A stretch of 63,820 nucleotides of DNA, the filler included, from Sphaerodactylus townsendi (lineage: Eukaryota): assembly GCF_021028975.2 (NCBI RefSeq). It is 3 parts of 3 records of this genome, joined end to end, with 100 filler letters (N's around TTAATTAATTAA, not from the genome) between each part and the next. Parts side by side here need not be neighbours in the genome. Positions count along the whole stretch, not along the records: positions 1 to 16,229 come from NC_059433.1; positions 16,330 to 46,217 come from NC_059427.1; 1 more part is not named here. One strand, written 5' to 3'. The notes beneath the pieces were generated by a model. The model did no database searches, was not told where the DNA came from, and saw nothing but the letters and a program-made list of their open reading frames with translations. Each line of letters opens with the position of its first letter. The stretch's first letter is position 1. Of the stretch, positions 13,621 to 26,482 are shown piece after piece. The translations under genes were made by a program, and so were the position numbers.

Positions 13621-14135
13621 CTGTATATACTCGCGTTTAAGCCGATCCACATATAAGCCGAGGCACCCAATTCTACCTCAAAAAACTGGGAAATTTTATT
13701 GACTTGCGTATAAGCCGAGGGTGGGAAAGATCCATCAGGAGGCAGGGTGCTGAGCCGGCAAAGGAGCCACAGCTGGAGTAAACACAGTTGTTTCAGGGAA
13801 GCTGCCGGCTTTCTAAGCTCTAAGTCTACAGGGAAGCTGCCGCTCGAGGCAGCCTGTCTATGGTTTCCTTAAAAGGGCAATGCTGCAGAGAGGCAGCTTC
13901 CCTGTAGACTTAGAGCTTGCAAGAAAGAAAGCCGGCAGCTTCCCTGAAACAACGCCTTAAACTGAGCCTGCAAGAAAGAAAGCGTGAGTTAGTGAGGGGG
14001 GCGAGGCTTTGCCACTCATAAGTAAGCGCTGTGGCTCTGCGTGGGGGGAGGGGGTGACCCGCGTCTAAGCCGAGGGGGGCATTTTTCAGCCTAAAAAAAG
14101 GCTGAAAATGTTGGCTTATACACAAGTTTATACGG
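13621..14135. mobile_element. Tc1/mariner-superfamily (Tc2/pogo-like) non-autonomous element
   Basis: TIRs CTGTATATACTCGCGTTTAAGCCGA / TTGGCTTATACACAAGTTTATACGG, flanked by TA on both sides; internal hairpin about 13790-13955. Confidence 0.8.
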
Positions 14136-16140
14136 TAATATTACTATTTTATTGATTGAATTCAAAGCTGCCTCATAAATTACAGAACTAGAAATGTGGA
14201 TTGCAAATATTTTCAATAAATATTTTCCCTTCACAGCAACATGAGTGGGAAAGGGACAATTCCATGTTAATCCAGCACCAGGCGTAAGATCTCATGTGAA
14301 GGGGAAAGAGAACACTTTCCAGCTACCAGCTTTTGGTCTATTCACCAGCTTTTACTGCCTTCAGATTTAAAATGATAAATGAAAGCTACATGAAAACAAA
14401 ATTGCTTTTCTACTCATGCAAAATTTCAAAGGAATGTTGTTTCCCTGACCTCTCAGATCTCTAAACACAACCCCTCAATTGAGCTGGACTCAAAAAACAA
14501 AATAATGTTAGCATTTAGAAGGTATTTTTAAAGATTTCATCAGATTCATTCACCTCCTTTGTGGAATACAGTTCCTTTAAATAGGCTTCACTTAAGAGAA
14601 CCAATTGACTGTGGATTCTTGAGGTGATGTATGGAGCTGTAAACTTAATTCATCTTTTATAGAAGTATTCCACCAGATTTGTGGGAATCTCAGGCCAGTT
14701 GGTGATGTTATTACCATTATTAAAGTGAACACGAACTATAAGCTTCCATTACAGATAATGTCTTCTTTTTTCTGTAAGTAGCAGAAGTTCATTTTCTTAC
14801 ACATTTAGCTATGGTAAGTTAAATACTATGCTATTTAGATAGAAAATGCACACAGTATTTGTAAATTGGGATGTCATGAAGCAATTAAAGGTAACAGATA
14901 GAGCTTATATACTGGCAGTCTTTCCCCAGTGTTTCAGTTATCTGATCTGCTTAAGAAATTGTAGTTGTTGTCAGAACAAGGGTATTGGCTAGACGAATGT
15001 AAGTACGTTAATAGAAATGTGGACACAGATCTTTTGGATATCATTTACATTTTAGAGTTTTCTCCTGTTCCAAGTTCACTGTATACTAAAATTTAAATAT
15101 TTTTCATATGTGTAAAAAAGGGACTGCCTATAGAGAGACCATTCTGAAAGTTCCTAAGACTGGGGGTGGAGTGAGTTCCAAGGCTTAGCAAATGGAAAAG
15201 TGATTTTAGAGTATCTTAGAAATATAGGTCTGGAGGGTGGGTTGCTGCCTTTTTTGTATTTTTAGGAGACAGGCAGATATACAACAGGTACAACTTTGTA
15301 CTGGGGAAAGCTATATGCATTACTTTATGGTTCACTATGTGGAGAGCCCCTTTAAGAAATTAACTGGCTAACCAAGTATTGTAAATCTGATGAAAATACC
15401 TTGCACTGTTGCAATATTACAAAACTTGTACAAAAATGTCATTTCAGTATTGAACTGATGCAAGTCAACTTCCAATATAATTGTTCCCACCCCCTCCACT
15501 TTTTACTCTGAACTATACTTTGGGCTTCAAGGGTTCCAGCAAAAACTGCAAGAATTCTTTGAACTGCAATAAAAGAACAATGACTGTTTTCCTCTCATTC
15601 TGCATAACTGAGATACAGATTTCTTGGGTAGAGGTTGCCAAGGGAAGGCTAAAAGGAAAGTTGGTGGTGAGGAGGCAAGAAAAGGTGAAAAGTTTGGGGA
15701 TTTTCAGGGAAGAGAAAGAGGAACAAAATATACAATGGTGAGAAGTAACACTGTTCAAATATGGTGAGATAATTTCAATTTTCCATATGTAATTTAAACT
15801 TACAGTTAGAGTATATGTTATTTATGTTACTCTCATGCTGTCCATTTCAATGTCTTTGTAGAAATTAGATGGATAATCTGCATAAAGCAATTACCACAGG
15901 ATTTAAAAGGGCACATTTATCCTGTATGTGTGTAATTCTAGCACTATAGAATTGTATGGAATTTAGATCCAGTGTGTTAAAGCACATATTTGTTTGTTTG
16001 TTTGTGTGTGTGTGTGTATGTATATATAAATTTATGGGTAACTGTATTTGCTTTTTCCTCTTTCTATATTTCCTTATCTATTTTTAAACTATTTTCAAGA
16101 GGATTCTGAGATGGAAAAAGAAATTAGAGAGGCCAACAAA

Positions 16141-16229
16141 AACACCCCCCCCCCCCCCCACCCCCCCCCCCCCCAACCACCCCCCCCCCCCCCACCCCCC
16201 CCCCCCCCCCCCCCCACCCGCCCCCGCAC
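16141..16229. repeat. Poly-C low-complexity contig end
   Basis: C runs adjacent to the N spacer. Confidence 0.9.
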
Positions 16230-16329
16230 NNNNNNNNNNNNNNNNNNNNNNNNNNNNNNNNNNNNNNNNNNNNTTAATTAATTAANNNNNNNNNNNNNNN
16301 NNNNNNNNNNNNNNNNNNNNNNNNNNNNN
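16230..16329. other. Artificial contig spacer
   Basis: 44 N + TTAATTAATTAA (stops in all six frames) + 44 N. Confidence 0.97.
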
Positions 16330-18829
16330 GGAGAGTCGCTAGGAACACGGGACACCCGCTGCCTCCCGCTGCTGGCGCCTTCCACTAGATGTGAAACCTC
16401 CTGGCCTTGCCTCTTCCTTAGCTTAATGAATTCTGTTGGGATGACTACATCTTGTGAATACTTAACCAGTATTTACAAAATGTTGTAATATTGGGGTCTT
16501 ACCTTTTGGGGGAGGGGAGGGTGACGCTGAAGTATTTTTCTACTTGAGAAATAGGACACGAAGCTGAGAAAAGGTGTTATCTGAATTGATGATCTGCCTT
16601 CTAATAATTAATTTGGGCAATAAGAAAAATAGAAGGTGGCTTAATGGGAGGTGAGCAACAGCAGGATTTTCCACCAGTGTATACTGGAATCCTTAAGGAA
16701 ATTAGTCCAAGAAATAGTGAAATGTATGTATAAAGAAGGATTTTTATTGAACTATAAAGGAATAATTGCAAACAACCAAAGTATGTCAACCACACTGTAC
16801 CTAAGAAAAATCGAGTAGAGCCGGAGTACGAGAGGGAAGATTCAGGTGATACGTGACCTATTGGGATCAAGGAGTGGAGAGCAATACATGGCTAGCACAT
16901 GTTCACACAAGAAGGAGAACAATGTGTGTGTGGATAGAGCCAAGACACACAACCCTTTCAGGCATTTGCTATCTGGCTTTTTAGCCCAGAATGTGTTCTG
17001 AGACAATGATGATGAGCAAGCCTCATGAGGACAATGCGTTCAATTAGATTTTTGATTGGTGCTTCTTGTTTCCTGGGACCTCCAAATGGTGGTCTCTGGT
17101 CTTTAAAAAAAAGAAAAAATTAAGCAACTGGGTGTGAGACCAGTTCCTTAGGAGATGGTTTTCTTTATTGATGAGTGGGTATTGTTTGGGTGTGTCAGTT
17201 CTATTCAAGGGGGGGTCAGTTTTCGGGGGGGTCAGATCTGTTGAGATTGGTAGTTTCCAGCAGGAAAATCCACATGGAGTTCAGGGGCACAGTTCCAGGT
17301 TCAACTGCATGCCCCACCCCGAAACTCCACAGGGAGTTGGAGGGGCGTAGTTCAAGGCTGGTCTTGGCCAGGTCTAGGTTTAAACTATGGGCTCCGCCTC
17401 AAAGCCCACAGTTTAAAGCTGGTCCAGCTCTAAACTGCTAGTTCCACCCCCAAAATCATGTATCTGGGCTTGGCCTGGCTGGGTTCAGCTTTAAACTGCA
17501 GGTTTTGGAGGTGGAGCCCACAGTTTAAAGTGGAACCAGCCAAGCCCAGCCTTCAACTGTGCAAACCATAACTCCACATGGAGTTGGGGGGTGTTGGGCA
17601 GTGCTTGCCCTGGGTGCCATCTTTAGCGGATTCGCCCCTGCAAAGGAGGAAGAGTTTTGCTATTTAACAAGACGTTAAGAGTTCTGCAGAATTCCTTTGG
17701 ATTCAGTGATTGATTCAAAAGGCAATTAGTGAAATGAGAGGAAGAACCTATCTTTCAGCCACACAGAAACATCCAAGTAGCTGCCAGCCCCAAAGTCACT
17801 GGAGAAACTGCGTGTGCCACGTACTCAACTGTGCAAGGGTAAGAGATAACTAAGCGCTGATGACTCTGCAATGCCTTCTGATGCTAATATTGGGTATGAG
17901 CTGTTGAGATCTCAAAAACCAATTACTTACTACAGAATACTTCAGTGAGGGCCATATAACTATTATACTGGAACTTCATCACATATCATCCATAAGACTT
18001 CCGGCAGGCTCCTGTCGCTTTACGGCCTTGTAAAATGTGGAGAAAGCTGAAAAATGGAAATCCCAGAAATAAAATCTCCTTTGTCTACTCTATTCAAGAG
18101 GTTTTGTGACAAGATGGATTATAACATCATACAAGTTAAAAAGGGAATGAAACAGAAGTTGTCTGTCTGGGTTGAGAAGCAAGGACTGATTGCCTCTGAT
18201 TTTGTGATGTCCCTATGCAATCCTTCCCCCCCCCCCACAAAATCATAATCAAAAACCCTCTATTGTTTTCCTTAATTCATCTGCCAAGAGAAGCAGGAAA
18301 TAAGTGTGGAATTGTTATAATGGGTGGGGCCGTGCCTGAGTGGCAGAGCCTTTGTTTTGCATGCAGGGAGTCTCAGCTTCAGTACCTGACATCACTTTAA
18401 AAAAAATCAGGTATCAGATGATGTCAAAGACGTCTGTTCAAGACGGTACAGATCTGCTACCAGTAGCCTTCCTCAGATTTTTTTCCCAAGGTATGAGAGG
18501 AAAGAACCCAATGAAACAGCAGCATTATAGGTAGACAACAGCTATGGCACCTTTGTTTTTCAACTTGTAATCTTATGGGTAAGATAGGAGACCAGGACCT
18601 GGTAAATTTTGACAAGTCAGAGTAGAAACTGTTGGCTATCAGGACTATGGACAACAAAACAAAACAAAATTGAAACAGACACACTCACCACTCTAAAATA
18701 TCTAATTTATTCAACATTTCTGATACTGAACCAAAGGTAAAAAAAACAACAACAACACTGAGTGAGCAAGAAAAATAAAGTTAGCAGCCCCACCTCTGCC
18801 TAGAATACAAAGGAGCCTCAGGAGCTGTT

Positions 18830-19057
18830 ACATATGAAGGCATCGCTCATCTTGCCTAAGCCTGGGATGACAGCTAATCATCTTCTTCGTAGGCAGTCTG
18901 TCAGATTGCTTTTTGATAACCAAGAAGCTGTAAGGCCATTGCGTTCACATACTACATGTGAGCTCCCAAAGGCACCTGGTGGGCCACTGCGAGTAGCAGA
19001 GAGCTGGACTAGATGGACTTTGGTCTGATCCAGCCGGCTTGTTCTTATGTTCTTATG
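18830..19057 (+). mobile_element. CR1-like LINE 3' end
   Basis: GCTGGACTAGATGGACTTTGGTCTGATCCAGC followed by a (TTCTTATG)2 octamer tail. Confidence 0.7.
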
Positions 19058-22000
19058 TAAGATGCCAAGTATGTGTGAAATGTATTTATGGCATAACTGT
19101 TCAAGAGTTAAAAGGAGATGTGTGTAAACATTTGAAACACCCCTCCAGGTGGGGCTGTTGCACTCTCTCCTCACTGAATAACGTATCTAGTGGGTAAGAA
19201 AAGAATTAAAATGGACAAAGTGGCAACATGCCAGAGTCACTGCCACTGTCTGAAAGGTTTATTTAAGAGAGTGCGCTTGAATACAGATTGGGCTCTGCAA
19301 TACCTGCCCTGCAGAAAGACTATCAAACACTTTGATAGAAACGACCATTTTTGTCCAGTAGGGGATTGTTTCAGGCCTGAGAACAAGACGTTTCAGCAAC
19401 CGCAATGCACATGTGTGAGGGTTATGCGATCTCTAGTGGAAACAGGCTGTCATTTTCAACCAGATTTGCTAACTGTAACTAGAAGAGAGAAAGATATCCC
19501 CAAAGGACCTATTATTATGCCCACCTCTGATAGGGAACTCCTCTAGTACAATGTACTTTACCCCTATTCACTTGTAAATGAAGAGACTTTGCTCCTATTT
19601 TCAGCACTAAAGGTAACTGGGTACCTCTTTCCCAGGATGGCAAAGCCTTTCTATAATGCTGAATACCACACATGTGCAGAAGTAACATCACATGGGACAT
19701 CGAAAATATACATTATTGCAAATTACATTTATATACCATAAGTAAAAAAAAGTTCACCCAAAACCCCTCTGGCACTGCTCTCTTTAGTGAAATCCTAGTT
19801 CAACAGCATTTTTTATATTTTGGGGACCAGTTTCATTCTGAACACCCAGTCATTTATTTTAAGGGGAAAGAACACCATAGGCCAGCTAAGTTTAATTGAC
19901 ACCAGAAACAAGCACTGCGGAACTCAGTAAAACTTACTTCTAAGTAGCTTGAGAGAAAGTCCATCAAAGTAAAAGTTCTTTGCATACTGTCCCACTGGTT
20001 TCAGTGCAACTTTATCATGATTCATTTTAGCCAATGATCAAGGCCAATGTTTCATCACTGGTCTTTCTTGCAACCATGGTATTTTTTCCTCTCCCATTAA
20101 ACAAGGGGCTCATTCCTGAATTCCCCCCTTTCACACTTCATAAGGAGAGTTATTTTTCCCTTCTTCTCTAAGAACGAGTACAATATGAGTAATTCCTCTC
20201 CCCGGAGTCATTTAGGAGCAAAGCCATGCTCTTCCTACTGCACATGCTCGAGCACACTTTAAACAAAACACAAGTGACAAGCTGTTGGCTATTCTGAGAA
20301 CTACAAATGCAAAGAAGGAAACTATTGTGGTTGATGTTCATCCTGATTGATGTCTTAACATCCATCTATAGACAGAATAATATTCCCCATAGTATTCCCC
20401 AACCCATATAGCTCCCTTGGCCTAAACTACAGAAGCATTCCTGAGAGCCCCAATATGTGCCAATATTCTGATACAGAAAGGTCTTCCATGTGGCAACTGA
20501 TTTGTAGATTAATACAAGCGATGACCACACGTGTGCAGGGCCAGAAATGTTCACATCAATATATGCAGTTGAATGCTAGTTTCTATGGCAGCTTTGTAAC
20601 TGCTAAGGCAAGCCCTTTCGTGCATTTTAGTTTTGTTTAGGTTGTGATTCAACACACATGCTTTGTTTTTTTTTCCCATGTTGCTGTCCTTGGCCATTGT
20701 ACCTCCTCTTTGTTCAGCCATTTGTAAAAGGAAGCTAATGTTCTTCTACAAAAGGGGAGGGGAGATTTAAGTGTCATGGAATGTACAGCTGATGAACTGG
20801 ATCATCCCTTCTTGTCTGCCTTCAGATAGTATGAACACATTATCCCAAGACACCAGCTCTCCTTGACCATGAGCAATCTCAGACAGGAGATAGTGCCAAC
20901 TTTGGTGGCATTCATACCACAGTTGATTAAACTGCACTCCTGGAGTGAGTCTCTTGGAGAACTATTAAGCACACACCAAGGAAGAAGTCTTACTCTTACA
21001 CTGTGCTGTGTGTGCTGTGTGTGCTGTGTGCTAGAAATGCTTACACTGTGCTGTTAAACCTCGCCAAAAAAAGCATTTGCAGCAGCCCAAGATGGGCAGA
21101 GCCTTGGTGGAGTCCAGTCTCATGGAAGCAAGTCCTGTCAACTCCTGCGCAACTGAACATAGGATTACAAGTTTATCCTTGCAGTTCCTACTCCCTTAAA
21201 ACTAAAAGTTTCTGCAAAAGGCCCTTTGTGTCCACTGCACTGAGGCCAGGCATAATTGATTTATCCTATAATCTCCTACAATCTTTCCCTGCAGTCACTT
21301 TACTATAGTGTAAACAGCTTTATTGACTACTTCAAGTTTCAGTACAGTAACTGAACCCCACAATCTGACTGTTGCTTATAAACTTTCAATGTATCTGCCG
21401 AATGGACAGATGGTCCACACATCCGATAAAATTATCTCAGACTCATAAAAGTTTATTCTGCAGTAAATTTTGTTAATCTGTGAAGGTGCCAGTAGACTTC
21501 AGTTTGATTCAGGGAAGAAGGAATCTGTAGCACAGCTCCCTTTCCCTGATGTTTGGTAACCCTGTAACAACAACTCTGAACCTTTTAAAAACCAGTGGAG
21601 GCTGTGGTGTTGACTTCATGTTACACTGGAACTTCCAGGGGAGAAGGGAAGAGAGCTGATATGGTCACCCTGAGTAGGAAAATCAGAAGTGTGGTAGGGG
21701 AGTGTAAATCACTCCTTTCTTCCCCTGCCACTTTTTTGCCTCTCATTTCCTATTCCCCCAAAAGTTTTTCTTAAAATGCAAGTACTGTGCAGTTAAGAGT
21801 CTGACTAGCCTAGTCACTCCCTGTGTAGGGACCCATTCCATATAGTGGGTCAGCTAATTTTAAAAGCCTCATCTTTACTTACAAAAAATATCTGGTTAGG
21901 GATATGCCAAGTCTTTCCACCACTTGGTTTACCCAGAAGGAATGTGACAAGTTTCCATTGGTTTTCCACAAGTGCTTCACTAGTAGGAAAGAAATAAGAG

Positions 22001-22368
22001 CAGAGGCTAAGATGAGTCTACTTGTTGGGTGAGATTCCTTTACATTCTGCTGGCTAAGAAGTGGGTACATTGGTCTTCCAGCAGCAGCAGAAGATTCCAG
22101 CTAGGCTAACACTGATCCTTTGTAATGACATATCTTCAGAGATACTCACACGGAAGGAAATACTGCTTAGATACTGGAGCTTCAAGGAATTTGGGTTTGA
22201 CATTATGGGCATTTGCAGTATCAGAAATCTAAAGTACAAAAGATCATACAAAGCAATAGATAAGTTAAAAAAGAGATTTTCCAGTTTCAGTGCCGTGCAA
22301 GGCCATGGACTCAAAGGCAATGCAAGAAATAGTCAAGGTATTGCAAGGTGCTTGTTCCAAGATGGCTT

Positions 22369-22872
22369 TCATGGCTGAATTCTTTTGCGGTAGAGGTAAG
22401 CATTGCTCACCTGGCTCATGATAACCAGGCTGGTGAGGACAGGGCTGAGCATGGACAAATACCAGGAGACTCCTGTCACAGATGTGGTGAACCAAAGGGA
22501 ACACATGCCCAACATCAGACTGGCACAGCCAAGCAGATAACCAATCAGCCCTGATGTGGCATGGTAGAGTTTCAGTTTGGCCAGCGTCCAGTTCTTCATC
22601 AGCTTTGGGTAGAGAAGAACCAGCCCCCCCATGCACTGCATGGTAGCATACAACACAGTCAGCAAGCCAGTCAGGCTGTGCCAGGTGGCAAAGTGGGCTT
22701 TCCCATTGATGTATTTGTTGTAGCTGATGAAGGCCATGCCCAGCAGTGCACAGATGAGGGCCAGCAGCTGCAAAGCCCAATGGAAACGGATCTTGGTCTT
22801 GCGAGAAAAGGGCCGGAGAAGGGAGCTCTCTGGAGAGAAAGCCAGCAGGGCTTCTGTCATCAGTAAGGAAAA
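22369..22872 (-). CDS. CYB561D2: Cytochrome b561 family member D2, last coding exon
   Basis: [19 protein letters not shown]...HWALQ...H..GLL...[10 protein letters not shown]...[12 protein letters not shown]; ctctccag acceptor; three exons sum to 669 nt = 222 aa + stop. Confidence 0.96.
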   Translation of the reverse strand, partial: FSLLMTEALLAFSPESSLLRPFSRKTKIRFHWALQLLALICALLGMAFISYNKYINGKAHFATWHSLTGLLTVLYATMQCMGGLVLLYPKLMKNWTLAKLKLYHATSGLIGYLLGCASLMLGMCSLWFTTSVTGVSWYLSMLSPVLTSLVIMSQVSNAYLYRKRIQP

Positions 22873-23194
22873 CTGGAGAGAGATAGAAAAAGACTCATCA
22901 CCATGGCTGGCCCAGATTCAAATGGGTGGTGGAGAGTGCCATCAAATCAAAGCCAAGTTATAGCGACCCTGTCAGGTTTTCAAGGCAGCATGCAAGTTAG
23001 CCTCTAAAAGTAACAATGATGCTCTCCTCCCCAGCAAAATCAAACAAGTTCTTCCCCATACAGTATCAAGGGGAATTCCCACTGGAACTCTGGCCAGGCT
23101 TTCTTAAGTCACTCTCTGACTGCAGAACAAATTTTGCATTGAACAATTAATGAATCCAAAAATTCCCAGGATAGAAAGATTTTGTCTGACTTAC

Positions 23195-23232
23195 CGCTAG
23201 AGACATTAAGAGAGGATGCCAAGAGAACAAAC
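23195..23232 (-). CDS. CYB561D2: CYB561D2 middle coding exon (38 nt)
   Basis: (S)LFSWHPLLMSLA; ccttccag / gtaagt; phases match the neighbouring exons. Confidence 0.95.
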
Positions 23233-23905
23233 CTGGAAGGAAAGGACAGCAAAGTGAATCTCCAGGCTGACCAACAGACCACTTGACAAGACTTACTTTT
23301 GATTATGGGATACCATCTATTGAAACTATAGGTATCATCCACTTGGGTAAAATTTAGCTACATTCAGATCACAATTGCAAGAATAATTACTGCCAGAGAG
23401 AAATGCTGCTATATTTTCATAAGTTTATTAAGTGCTGACATTTTTATTTAATCACTTGCAATTTCCTTTCACAAGCAACAGGTAAAGAAAACCTGCACAC
23501 ACGCACACACGCACATACATAACACACACAAACCAACTATGAGAAACTGGGGGAAAAAACTCTGTAAAATTTTTCTGGAATTGACTAACATTTGAGAAAG
23601 TCAGTCATGTTAAACTGCAGCAGCAGTAAAAAAAAATTTTTAAGGTTTGTAACATCTTAAAAACTAGCACTTTTCTGAGGCAATATGTTTTTACTGCTCT
23701 GGTCCATAAAAGTGTAGCACATAGTAATCTATCAGTCCCTATGGTGCCCCAAGACTCCTTGTTTTGGAATGAGACAAACTAACAGTGTAATCCTAAACAG
23801 TGTTAACCCCCTCGATTTAGAAGGGTGTGACTGTTTCGGATTGTACTGTAAGGCTGGAATTCTGGGCATATTTACATTGGACCAAGTTTATTAAACACAG
23901 TAAGA

Positions 23906-23998
23906 GATCCTCTGAAGATGCCAGCCACAGATTCAGGTGAAACGTCAGGAGAAAATGCTAGCAGAACACGGCCATACAGCTCGGAAACCCCACACCAC
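23906..23998 (+). ncRNA. Penelope-like fragment carrying a minimal type I hammerhead ribozyme motif
   Basis: TCCT-CTGAAGA-T-GCC...GGT-GAAA-CGTC-AGGA; flanked by 10-bp direct repeat CACAGTAAGA. Confidence 0.7.
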
Positions 23999-24864
23999 CA
24001 CAGTAAGACTTACTTCTGAGCAAATGGAGGATTGTACAACAGTATCTCTTTAAAGGAATATTCACTGAACATCTTCCTTGAACAAAAATGGCATGTCTAT
24101 GGACAACAACAAATGCACAGCCCTGTGCCAAACTTATTATGTCATCACTGAAAATGGGTTTGGTAATCTCATCTTAAGCTCTTGTTTGCATTAGGCTCTT
24201 ATTTCATTGAGAGTCTCAGTTAACAGAGATGCTAATCATTTCTTCTCACAATAGATCCAGAGTGAAATATGATCACAGGAGATGCTGCAGTCCAAAAATC
24301 AGCTTGCTGTGACCAAGCTCATGTGTTGCATTCCATTACAGAAATGCTGCACAAGTTGGCACTGAAGTGCACTGATCAAACTGATAAAGGCCCTGCTCAA
24401 ACTGGCCTATTGGGGTCACATTTAACATATGGCCCTAAATATCCCCTCTCTGCATCCCCTCTCTGCATCTAAGATGCATTCGGCTAATTCAGTAATGTTT
24501 GGATGAGTATCATGATATTGACAGAGAACAGGTTATCTCATGGTATCAAGAATAGAGGCAGACAAAAGCAACTTCCTATCACTTGTCAGTTTAGGAATTC
24601 GAATGCATAGCCTAACAAGCAGAAATATCCGAAAGAGTGAAAAGTTATTTAGGAACCTAAGAGCCCAAACTCATGCAGAGTTAGGTGTGCCTATGCCCAC
24701 TTTAATCTACATTACACAGGATTGAGCTGTAAGTCTCACTGACTTTCAAATGGTAGCCCACCTCCCAGTTGGCACTGATGGATTCTTGGTCGAGTGAAGA
24801 GTAAAACTTGGGTCTCCTCTTATCAGTCTCCTGGGCAGTTCACTCAACATAACTCCTTACTTAC

Positions 24865-24991
24865 TTGTTCCAGGTCTGGCAACCACAGCTACAAAGATGG
24901 TAAATCCAAGTGAGACAAGGTGTGCGGCAACACCAAAGACAGCCCTGAGAGAGCGGTAGATTTGGGATTCTGTTTCAAGAGTCAGGGCCAT
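24865..24991 (-). CDS. CYB561D2: CYB561D2 first coding exon
   Basis: [42 protein letters not shown]; accATGG start context; gtaagt donor. Confidence 0.95.
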
Positions 24992-26386
24992 GGTGAAGGG
25001 GGCCTCCAGCACGACCCACAGAAGATTGTCTTTTCACTCTCCACCTGTTCCAGGACTCCTGATGCTAAGTGTGCAGCATGGATCAGTTTCCCCAACACAT
25101 CAAGGTAATGGCTATAACTACAGAGCACTCCCAGGACTAATGGGTCCTTGCTGAGAACCCATTGGTTATCTGTATATAAAGAAGAGAAGAAAGGATTAGG
25201 GAAAGCAATGGCTCAGTAAAAACTGGTGAGTCTTAAGGAAATGCAACAGAAAAAAAAGAGGTCACTGCCTGTCTCTTAGATTTTTCACAACAGTGCCTGT
25301 ACACTCTTCCACAAAAGCCTTCCTTCAAATCCACCATGCCTTTTCCCTTCCTTCCTCATTGTAACTATAATATGTGTAAAGTAAATGGCAACATTTGTCT
25401 GTCAAATTAAAGGTCTTTTAAATTTCTATGGGTATTCTCCCCCCTCCCCTTTATTTTACCATATTTTCTTTAATCTGAGTCTCAGGGACAGGGATCCGTT
25501 TGTCATCCGTTCTGCCTATGGTGCTACTATTTGCCCGGAACCTTTGGTATAGGATGAGATACTACAAATCTAAATAAGTGTTCTGTCCTTGGGAAACCAT
25601 TGGCTAAATATGTAGCAGAAAACTTGTTGGTTACAGTAAATCCCCATGTCCCCACTGTGCCAGTGACACAGATTAGAGGCAGGAAGTGTCAGGATTGTAC
25701 TGCTGTTCTGACATGACGAAAGGAGCCATTTATGCATGCTGCTCTGCTCATGCTTTACTAAGGCTTTTCCACACAAGTTGTTAACAGCCTATCTTGATGC
25801 CAAATGGTATGCTTTTTTGTTTTAATTTTGCATGTTTCTTTCCTTTGCTCCCTTTCAGAAACATTTTTCCTGTATTTTTCCTTCACTATTCCTCCTCCAC
25901 CATTTCCCAAGCACTTTTACTGTGATGTTTTTCTCTATTCATTTCTGAGCCAGCTTCCCTTGAGCAAGCAATCATGTTGAAAAGGTCTTTATTTCTCTGC
26001 CCCACTAAACTCCTAGCCCTGATCCATACCCCTGTATAGTCACACAACCTCCCTTTCACCCATTTTCTCCTTCCTTCATCTTCCATTTTGAAAGGATTTT
26101 TTTCTTTTTTCAAATTGCATAAGTGATGTAACATTAAAATACCAACACAAGCCAGGTTGAATGTATCATCTTTGTCAATTTCATCTTGAATTAGTGATTT
26201 AAGGTTAAGGGAAAATATACTGTGTCAGTATTCAGGAATGAATGAAATTGACAAGGAAAGTTTCTTTTGAAGGATGAACCTGACAAGGGTTGGCCAGAGA
26301 AACAATTTTGCATTATTTCAGCTCTAATTGGGCCAAAAAATGTGGTTCTTTGTGTGGGCGGGCTATATGTTTCTGTTCCTTTAGAT

Positions 26387-26482
26387 CAGGGGTCTGCAAC
26401 CTGTGGCTCTCCAGAACCTGTGGCTCTCCCATCAGCCCCTGCCAGCATGGCCAATCGGAGAGCCACAGGTTTTAGACCCCTG
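26387..26482. mobile_element. hAT/Charlie-like MITE
   Basis: TIR CAGGGGTCT...AGACCCCTG; 8-bp TSD CTTTAGAT. Confidence 0.9.

Noticed and set aside
16048-16281. Proline-rich ORF, and possible exon DSEMEKEIREANK
   Set aside because: Prolines come from a poly-C contig end; the short upstream peptide is not recognisable
16330-22360. Expected TMEM115 3' end downstream of CYB561D2
   Set aside because: No matching coding sequence seen; region looks like CYB561D2 3' UTR (candidate - strand AATAAA at about 21320, 21452, 18706) and repeats
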